From Macrostomum lignano (Eukaryota), in assembly GCA_002269645.1 (NCBI GenBank), contig NIVC01002927.1:8662-72661 (forward strand): a stretch of 64,000 nucleotides of DNA. The letters run 5' to 3'. Below are positions 54,778-64,000 of this stretch, piece after piece (within the stretch, counting starts at the first letter, position 1; the number at the start of each line of letters is the position of its first letter). Position numbers and translations under genes: made by a program. The notes under the pieces are model-generated. The model had not been told where the DNA came from. It was given only the letters and a program-made list of their open reading frames with translations, and did not search any database.

Positions 54778-57700
54778 TTAATTCTCCTCGGAACTGTCGT
54801 CTGACTCCGATGGCACCTCTAGCCCCGGATGTAGAGTGAGCTGCACATTACGGTTAAGGTTAGCGGCCGGATAGAAAGTGCCTTTTAAGTCGAGGAAAGC
54901 CACTGGTCCGTGTGGCTCGTCGTTAACATAGTAGGACAGAGTGCCTTTGTCGCAGTCTAGACGCACCCCGACAATGCTGCCTTTGGCAATGCCTCCGTCG
55001 CATCGTTCAGCGTGCTCGCCGTTGTGCAAGAACCAGCTGCGCTTGAAGTCAATATACATTGACCAGCCTCGGTTATCGCGGCCTGTTTTTGGTGTTGTGT
55101 GTAATGGAAGTCCATTAAAAATGAAACGCATTTGAATTGTATTGTACTTCGGCCCAAATGCATGAAATGGTGCACAAAGACGAAAGAAGAAATAATATAG
55201 CTTTTTGCAGCCCTTATGGGCTTACGCGCATTTAATTTAATTCAAGATACGTTTGCCAATATAAACGAGCCTTCTCGCAACCGCGTCTGAGGACTGAGAC
55301 CACTGGAATGTCAGCATCTCTTCCAAGAAGTTTCAGTGTTGTCGCTTTTCCAGAGCTCTGCTGATAGTCGAAATACTGACAACCAACTGAAACTGTTGGT
55401 TCAACTTCTGCTGCATTTACTGCAACGTCAACAGAGGGTTTGTCTCAATTGCATCCAGTAGCAGTTGGACCTGGGGTTCTAACAACTTGCTTTGGAGATT
55501 GCCGCCCCTTCGCAGATCTCTTCTGCTAGTGGTTTCAACCCGCTGACGGATGCTGTAAATTGTCTTTTTTGGCATTCAGCAACCTAGCGATGTCCATTGG
55601 GTGTTCACCTCTGTCGAGTGCTTCGATCACAAGCTTAGCATATTGTCCACGATTATGGGGCTGATCTTGCTCCTCCGCAGCAGTTGCAAATGAAGCATTC
55701 TTCAAAATTTCTATGGTAATTTACGTTAAGTCAATGACATTCAAACCATGACCGATCATTGTTCGAAATTGACAATAAAGCAATTTACCGGGATATAATA
55801 TTAGAAAACGAACGAGTTGATGAGCGTAAAATAAAATAGTCTATGGTTGTAAGTGAGGGCTTTGCCCCCACACCCCCATTTCCACTTCCCACTCGGATCC
55901 TGATGGACAAGTTGACCAATGAAGTTAGCTGGAAGTGAGAAAACATGGCAATGGTCACAGACACGAGGGGGCCTCTGACTTACTTGACTTAGCTGCAGGG
56001 CGGTCCGAAGACGCAGCGGGGAGGCGAGCGTCGCCCATTCCGCTAATCCCTGAAAGGGGCCCTCTGAGTTGTCTCGCTGCCTGCGCGGTCTGTGGGGCTC
56101 ATGTCTATGGCCATTACCATGAATTCTCACTTCCAGACAACCCCCATTGCTTCCGTCCTCACTGCTTTTGTCAGTCATGTCTAAATTGAAATCTAGAGCC
56201 GCTATGTACCAAATTGATGCTTGTTGGACTAAATTAAATGCTGCTGTGCCATCCTTGTGACCATAGAGTCATAGACAAAAGCTCCTTTACATTGGCAAAC
56301 GTATCTTGGATTAAATTAAATGCCGTAAGCCCAAATGGGCTGCGAAAAGCTATGCGCTCGTATTTCTCAATGACTGAGTTTCTCCAAGCTCGAGAATATT
56401 ATAAAAAAACTCTGCTGCTTACTACTTAATAATAGAAGTAGTAGAAGTATCACTGAATCAGTAATAGTAGCAACTACAGCATGCAGCCTATAGAAAAATC
56501 AGAGTCGAATGCAAAATTGATGCATCGTTTTTCTCTGCTGGTTAGCTGTTATAGCAGTAGATTTTCGGTCACGAACTCAAGGATGGATTATGGAAAAGTT
56601 CTATACCAGTCTCTTTATAGCCTGCCTAGCTCGAGTCTCTTCTCTCTCTCTCTCTCTTTTCTTTCTCAAGCTCAGCTGCTTTTCGCCAGCCAAATGAGGC
56701 GTAACGATATCCCCTGTGCCGCTGAGAGAAAATCTCTTCCACGCCTCAACCCTCGCCTAAGCCAAGTTGCTGGCTGCTGGCCCTTGTCGAATGCTTTAAC
56801 AAACTCCCCTCTCCCCCCACTTAAGAGTGTGCTAGCTATAGCTAATGTATCCACGGGCCTATATATCTATATAGGTCTAGGCGGCCCCCCTAACTCTATA
56901 TAGATGGACACGCTAAGTTGCCTTTGGTTCTTCGCTCTCTCTCTTTCTCTCTCTTTCTCCATAGCAATTCTAAAAGCTCAGTTCTGACTCGAAGGTTTTC
57001 TCATATATAATATAAGCAGAGAAGGAAAGTAAATCTCAAGGTCAAGGACCCTGGAAACTGCTAATAGCCTTCTTCGGCTTCTAAAGATTCGCGAAAACGC
57101 TACTAATGTTCTGCCAAAAAAAGAGATCGACGTGGACTTAGAAGCTCAGAAGCTTCAGACAGAGCAAAGGCTACACTTGACTTTGAAAGAGGACATAAAG
57201 TCTGCTCGTCCTATATGTTGATCATTTTAGCGACCCCCAAGACACAGAGTATACGTGCCTGACGATTAGAAAGTCAGGGCTGCTGTAGTACACCGAGTCA
57301 GCGGAATGGGCAGAATTACAAGCGATGACGCAATCATTTGATTTTTTTTGGTAAATTATACTCCCACCCTGGTTTATCATAAGCAGCTGATAAACGTTCA
57401 CTATATGAGAACGGTGTATATTGGCCAACAGTTTCTGTACGATGTATAGCTGGCTCTCATTGTAATAATAATTATGCATCCATCCCTGTATGGAAAACGT
57501 TCGCCCTTCTCTGCCAGCGCAATGGAGGATCTGATAGACACACAACCGCTGCCAATCAATTATTCCAATATCTGCACAGGCATGGAGGCAGAGAGATATA
57601 TAATAGAGATAGAGATGGATATGGGGGGAGATCGCAAGCCAGTCCAGTGCAAAGTTTCGGGCGGGTCTGCATTAAATTTATTAAGTAAACAATATTACTA

Positions 57701-60700
57701 ATATTACTACTACTTAATACAGGACTGATATCTGTAAATTCTGCCTAAGCTTCATGTGGCTCCAAAGCTAATGCAAAATACAGCCTGATAGATATTAATA
57801 TTTTCTACTTTAGAAAGTGACAAGATGTCAGGCAAAATAGCTAGGCCCAATTAGCAACAGAAACTTGTTAAGTGACCCCTCACCTGTCGAATCACGACAT
57901 GTAACCAAATGGAGATTGAACTTCTTCACAAGCCTGTCCTTGCTTGTTAACACGCAATCTAAATCTCTCTCTCTTTCCCTGTCAACTTGTCTTGACCTTG
58001 CCCATTAGTTGTGCTTTTCTACATGTTTCTGACGAAGGAGCAATTGCAGACAATGCTTTTTTCCGATTTTTTCCAAGACCTTCTGAGCTGCGTGCATGAC
58101 CTCCTGACAATGGCGCAAAAAATGCTTATGTTTGTTTAAACTATCTGCAATAAATATGTATTTAATGTGACTTATAAGAACTGTTGCTATGTAAGTTGCA
58201 TGCTGTATTTTCTACCCATGAATAAGCAAGTAAAAATGGACAAGAGACAGTTTGAATAAAGTACATTTATATCAATTATATTCTATAGCCTATACAGTAC
58301 CAATACTATACAACTATATAAATTTGAAAGTTAATCCTTCGGAAAATATTTGTTAGAAGGAAATGAGTTCGGTTATTAAAGAGAAGCACCGGGTACTGTT
58401 GACCTTATTATTACATAGTAGTATGATAGACTTCAATAATTTTTGGCCACTTCGAAATATTCTTAGATTCTGGACCAAACAAGCAGCATTAAATGGGCAT
58501 GCAGTAATTGGAGTTCAACTCAACTGCAATACAATCTACTCCCTTCGGCTCAGTCCCTATACACTAGTCAAATGCTGAGCGGGGCGATCGGCTCTTTCTA
58601 TTGCAATTACTTTGAGTTTCCTCTCAACTCTATTCTTTTTCCCTCGCCGTTCATTCACTGCTCTCTTGTGCTTGTTCAGGACGTCTGTGTCGGCGACAGA
58701 GAGGGAGAGAAGAGAGGAGGGAGGCCCTGAGCTTGAGCATGCTTGCTCATGGCAAAGCTGCTTGCATTTTATTTACTGTATAGTGGAAACTTTTTAGAAC
58801 TTTATTAGGCAGAGGGACAACCTATGGGGTTAAGTGGCCTTCCTGCTAGCTGTGCGTGACCTGACAATGCGGTTGAGTATTTTTTTTCAAGAAGAGGCTG
58901 CTCAAAAAGAAGAGTTTTGCAATTTCTTCCGGTGTTCCGGGAGGGAAAAATCTTGTTTCCAAATCAACCAGAGACCAATGCCAGAGAAGTTTTTACCTGC
59001 ATACAATGTCAACAATGTCATTCTTTTCCAGCAAATTTATTCCTACATGCAGTACATGTCTTCCTGGGATATTTCAGGAAGAACATTTTTACGAAATGGA
59101 AAATGTGTACAATCATAAGTCTGGAGTAAGTTTTCTTAAAAAAGAAAAAACCTTATAAGGGTGTGATTTTCTTTTTGATATACTAAAATGGTTTGTTTCT
59201 TATTTAACCAGATCCAGCTGAGAAGCGGAATCGCTTCTATCTGCTAAATTATCCAGATTCAACCGTTAAATCCAAACTATCTTCGGTCTCGTCTCTATAG
59301 AGGGCCTATAGAAACTAGAAAGTGATGCAAATAGAGAGAAAAACGAATTTTTATCATTGACTGACTGTTTAATTTACACACGTGTATAAAGAAAGATTAG
59401 AGAGTTGTACGCGCTTATCTGACATGTTCTCTGGAGATGTTGTTTGCTGGAGAGAGGGGGAGAGAGAGCGACATGGTGCAGGTTTAAAGAGTGACTCACC
59501 GCAGTTTCTGGATAATGCACCGGACAGGCAGAGAGAGAGAGTGGGAGAGAACAGTGATTGAGAGGAAAGGATGGAGAAATATAGGGCGAAGCTGCAGGTC
59601 TGTATATCGCCGTGTTGGCTTCAGTTCAGCTTTCGATTGAAGACAGGCAGGTAGATGATGTAATAATACATGCAAAACACGCGAATGATGCATTGAACCT
59701 GCAGCTCTCTGCCTCTCTGCAAGGTCAGTCCAAATATTGTACAATCATCAATCCCATACTCGCATTCGTTGGGAGGAATTTCCAATTCAAAATAAGATTC
59801 CGGGAAGGCGCAGACTTACCGACGCCGCTGTCCTACACTGAGTTCGCGTGCATTGGTTCAAGTTCCTTCCTGAACAAGAAATTCCCCATTTTTCCCATGG
59901 CTTTAGTCAGCATCCAATTGAACAGCCACTATTGACTGAATGGGCGCGCCATCAATTCTCAAATTCTTCACGTAGTTTTAAGTTTAATAATCGATGGCAT
60001 TTTACTAATCATTGATTGGTTAGAAGCTAAAATAGCAAGCCAATACCGTTGATATTTTATATTGTTCTTACGCAGTCTGCAGAACTACAATAGCCGCTAT
60101 CCAACCACTGCCCGGATGCAGTACCACTGACTAATGCTATGCACGCTGTGTTTTACAACCTAACTGGTAACTGCATCCTCAGTGACTGTAGGCAATCAAT
60201 TTTAGATCTCTGATGACCTCGCCAAGGTAATAAAATCAAGAAGAGAGTCCGTGCATATATACACAACAAGGCAGTGCAGTTCCACTTTGAGTTGTTAGAC
60301 ACGGCGCCATATGCAGCGCGAATGCTTGCATGCTGGAAGTTTGCCAGCTGAGAGAAATGAGTCACGCATTTTTAACAAGGGGGAGAGTTGAGGAGAATGG
60401 CGAAACACTGAATTGAATTGAGCAGTTTCTGTGGAGACCCGGGGTCAGAAGGGGTCAGCTGGGATATAATTTAGGTAGTATAAATGGCCATATAAAGGGA
60501 ATATGCTAATCAATTTCAGGTTGAGCGATGGTTGTATAGGCTACAGACATTTCCTGAAGCAAATGAATTCAGACAGTAGCCTTTTACCCTTCATGAAGAC
60601 TCAAATAAACCTCCACAACCTCAGCCTCCGGTAACCATGCAGTCTTCAAAGATTCAGCAAGAACCTTTCGTTCCTACATCTTACTAGTAAACCCCCTCCA

Positions 60701-63700
60701 GACTCGTTCGTTCCGTAAAATTTCCCATCAAAATCTCACCCTAAAAGCTTCTGATTAAACCCTTCTCGCAACTTCACGCCTGCCGCGAAGCTTCTGATTA
60801 AACCCTTCTCGCAACTTCACGCCTGCCGCGAAGCTTCTGATTAAACCCTTCTCGCAACTTCACTCCTGCCGCGAAGCTTCTGATTAAACCCCTGAAACAA
60901 TAAACTCACACAAAGACTAATCAACTACCCAATAATCAAGAATAACCATTCAGAAAATTTTCTCACCAAGTTTTTCATCTTTGCGACAGTCCAAACGAGC
61001 AACGCCAAATCCCGGATCTCCTTTGTCGTCGTATCTGTCCACAGTGAACTCCCAGTAGTGAACCCCTCTAGAGAAGCCGGTTGTGCACACAGCGATTCGT
61101 TCCTCCAATGACACGGAAGTGACGGTCATGCCCTGATTAGTGAACACCAGCTCCGCGTGCGATTCTTCTGGGGAGAATTGAAAAAACGCCCGACCGGCGG
61201 TGCGCAGTTTAACAAAATCGCTGTAGGCTGACTCTCCTGCGGTGTTGTGCGCCTTGACTCGGGCCTGGTAGACCGTGTCGAACTGGAGACCCTGGACACA
61301 GCAGATGGTCTCTGGGCCTCGGTAGCAGCGCTGTAATGAATGATGAAGAGACTTGAGATTCTAATCGTTCATTTTCATAGTCCATCAGGTACTTACGCCG
61401 TCGCGTTTTATGACTTCGACAAAAAAAATTTAGGACATTGGAAACTTTTGGAAAATTTAAATTGCGGTAGACCAAAACTTTGATATAAGATTTCTAAGAG
61501 TTTGAATGTCGCGACTATTGATTTCTTATGATATATAAATGATCGATCGATTAGGATTTTCAGGGATGTCCGATTAGTTGGGATTTCTAGTTACATGTAG
61601 TTGGGATTTCTAATCAGTTGGGATTTCTAATCAGTTGGGATTTCACTAAGCCAGCCAGTTCATGTCCTGCCAACATTTCAGCCTTTGCAGTTGTATTTTT
61701 TTAACAACAAAAATTCCTATAAAATAGTTGAATTCTATACTCAAAATTCGATTGTAAAAAAGTCGCAATTTGATTTTTTCGAAAATATTACTTTTCTGAT
61801 TTTCAAAGGAAAATGCCGACAAAGCCATATTGCACCTTCTATAAAAAGATAGAAAAAAATAAATGAAATGGTTATAATGGTCCTAACTAAATTGATGCTT
61901 AGCTTAATGGAGTCGCCATGAACCCCCCATGCGCCAAACGGGGCGCTTAAGTTCTAAAAGTACACGATCCGGTCGATCCCACTCGTGCAACACAATCAAA
62001 ACTTTTTAGTCCAAATAATTCAACAATAAACACCAAAAAATGCGATTTCATCAAAAACTGGAGATATTTTTTAATCTTCCGCACTTTTTGAAGAAGATTC
62101 TGCTTCCCAGATAAAATTTTGTGCAGACGTTTTTTTTGGCTTTGAACTGTCGGAAATGCGGAGACGAGAGTCCCCGAGGCAAATGCATTGAGAAATATCG
62201 GCTTGCCATCTGTTGACGTTTTTTCTATTTCTACTTAGTGTGTACTTTTTCTGTGCCTTCGACGGATGGAGCAGGCCGCGGTAAGGGCTCTGCATGGGTG
62301 AGTGCAGAGAATTCAGGTGTCCCCAACCTAAACCTGCGCACCTTGGCTCTCCGGCTTTGATGAGGTCGCTTCTCGTCTTCTGATAAGATGCTGGGACCTG
62401 CAATATCTCTCCTCTTCCCTCGGGGCTTCTTTCTGCTACAAAATCCCAGAGAATTTTTCCATCTATTTTAATCAAGAGATATCAAAATAATAGGCAGTGG
62501 GGGGGGGGTACCTGTGCGCAGGTATTTAACTCGACTGACCGAAGCATCAACAGTCATGGCACAATGCACCAGCGCATCTCAGTGAATTTGCTTCATACAT
62601 TGCAGCGGCAAATATTCATTGACCCCAACGGTCACGGATGAGAAAGAAATAGTGGAAAATCAAATCAACTATACTGTATGCATAATGTAGCTGGGATGGC
62701 TGCTAGGTGGAAGGCCAGTCTTTTGGCTGCGCGGGAAGCTGGCGTCTCTCCTCTAATTCTCTTCATCTCTCTCCACTTCGCTGTCAATCAGCCTTTCATC
62801 GCGCCTCGCCCTATTTTTGTTGTCCACCTCGGGCGATGGGGGAGGGGGTGGCAGCAGAGGGTGGCGTGACGATGGTGGGACTCTAAGAGATGGCGACAGT
62901 CTGCTTTGGGGAGTTTAGGCTTGCAGCTTTAAACTTTTCCCCTCTAATGCTAATTGGGATTTTGGATTGCGGGAAATTGGGCAGGAGAGGGATTGGGTAG
63001 GGAAGGGGGTCGGTGCCAGTGTGGACACAGAAGCTCCTTTCTGATTCCAACTCTCTGCTGGCTCTTCTGCCTCTGGGACTCAGCAGATGTCTCTTCTTTA
63101 TAAATTTGCGCGGCCAATAGACTATTTGGGAATTGGCCCTTAATTGGAAGCCATTTCCTTTTTATGCAGTTTTCTGCAAAGTCTGCACGTTTGGCTGGAC
63201 TTAAGGTCAATTCTTGTCCTTAAGCCTGACAAGGCTACAAATAGACGGCTCAAATGGACGTTTATCTAATCCATGGGCTAGAAAAAGTTGGCAAAATGAA
63301 GGAGTTTAAAGGAGTAGCTAATATTTGCCCAGTTCTGTAGCAACACGGAGCTAAAGTTAATTTCGTTAAAACCCCAGCTTCTAAACATTCGACCCTCCCC
63401 ACTATCCAGGGCAATAAAACCATTGCTGCAAATTGCACCTAAACCCTGCCCCCGCTATCCAGGGCAATAAAAACATTGCTGCACATTGCACCTAAACCCT
63501 GCCCCGCTATCCAGGGCAATAAAAACATTGCTGCACATTGCACCTAAACCCTTCCGCGCTATCCAGGGCAATAAAAACATTGCTGCATATTGCACCTAAA
63601 CCCTTCCCGCTATCCAGGGCAATAAAAACATTGCTGCATATTGCACCTAAACCCTTCCCGCTATCCAGGGCAATAAAAACATTGCTGCATATTGCACCTA

Positions 63701-64000
63701 AACCCTTCCCGCTATCCAGGGCAATAAAAACATTGCTGCATATTGCACCTAAACCCTTCCCGCTATCCAGGGCAACAAAACAAAATGATTTGAACGCATC
63801 CAATGGACGCTTCGATTCTTCCGCGATAGGGGCGATAAAATTAAAATACAAGCTAATTTCAACGAGAAGCGATCATTCACTATCCAGGCAATGAAGTCAC
63901 GTTCAACTAACTCACTTTGAACCCGGCGCCCTTCCGTCGTCCATTTCAAGCGTGTAGAATTCGGCCTGCGAACCGGGACAGGGACTCCAGCAAACTGTGA
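54778..64000 (-). CDS. TRIM9: TRIM9/TRIM67-family E3 ligase, 3' part (FN3 + SPRY/B30.2); exons >64000-63916, 61330-60967, 55082-54778; 5' end outside the window
   Basis: FN3: [15 protein letters not shown] / [41 protein letters not shown]: [30 protein letters not shown]|[53 protein letters not shown]. These closely match TRIM9 [61 protein letters not shown]. TRIM9 versus TRIM67 cannot be distinguished (likely a pro-orthologue). Confidence 0.92.
55341..55646 (-). pseudogene. Decayed Tc1/IS630-superfamily transposase N-terminal HTH fragment within the TRIM9 intron
   Basis: Manual translation: [36 protein letters not shown]...[56 protein letters not shown]. It has one frameshift (~55565) and one stop (~55418) and fits the paired-HTH GRPR-like architecture of Tc1/IS630 transposases. 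Confidence 0.65.
60766..60892. repeat. 43-bp tandem repeat, ~3 copies
   Basis: AAGCTTCTGATTAAACCCTTCTCGCAACTTCACGCCTGCCGCG. Confidence 0.85.
63400..63775. repeat. 51-bp minisatellite (GCTATCCAGGGCAATAAAAACATTGCTGCATATTGCACCTAAACCCTTCCC)
   Basis: About 7 units. Confidence 0.92.

Noticed and set aside
57600-57701. [32 protein letters not shown] resembles a retropepsin core
   Set aside because: The catalytic Asp (D-S/T-G) is absent, and no RT, integrase or LTR is recognisable nearby. At best an unprovable relic.
62071-62475. 134-aa minus ORF with a fragment vaguely like hAT transposase N-termini
   Set aside because: No diagnostic zinc finger or DDE motif could be identified.

Overview
Eukaryotic (metazoan) genomic DNA with GC-rich exons and introns filled with micro- and minisatellites. 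This architecture resembles a free-living flatworm such as Macrostomum (inference). Four spliced genes were reconstructed by hand from GT-AG sites and phase continuity. (1) salvador/SAV1 (+, 3 exons, 3603-5660; two WW domains plus SARAH). (2) A ~3000-aa spastizin/ZFYVE26 (SPG15) orthologue (+, ~23 exons, 8482-51272) with a FYVE finger. (3) A divergent class A GPCR nested antisense in ZFYVE26 introns (-, ~40467-42055, first exon possibly 43068-43099). (4) The 3' part of a TRIM9/TRIM67-type FN3-SPRY gene (-, 54778 to beyond 64000). The most striking observations are a full DUF547-like domain (~430 extra aa) inserted in the middle of spastizin, absent from human ZFYVE26, and the SAV1-ZFYVE26-TRIM9 linkage, since all three human orthologues lie on 14q22-q24. 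Also notable are the possibly interleaved antisense GPCR and an apparent 1-nt frameshift in the TRIM9 FN3 exon. Non-coding content includes about 30 tandem arrays, a hAT-type MITE with an 8-bp TSD, two tail-to-tail tRNA-derived SINEs, a decayed Tc1/IS630-like transposase and palindromic elements. Most long ORFs in the supplied track are artefacts of repeats. All homology calls come from remembered sequences and motifs, not from a database search.
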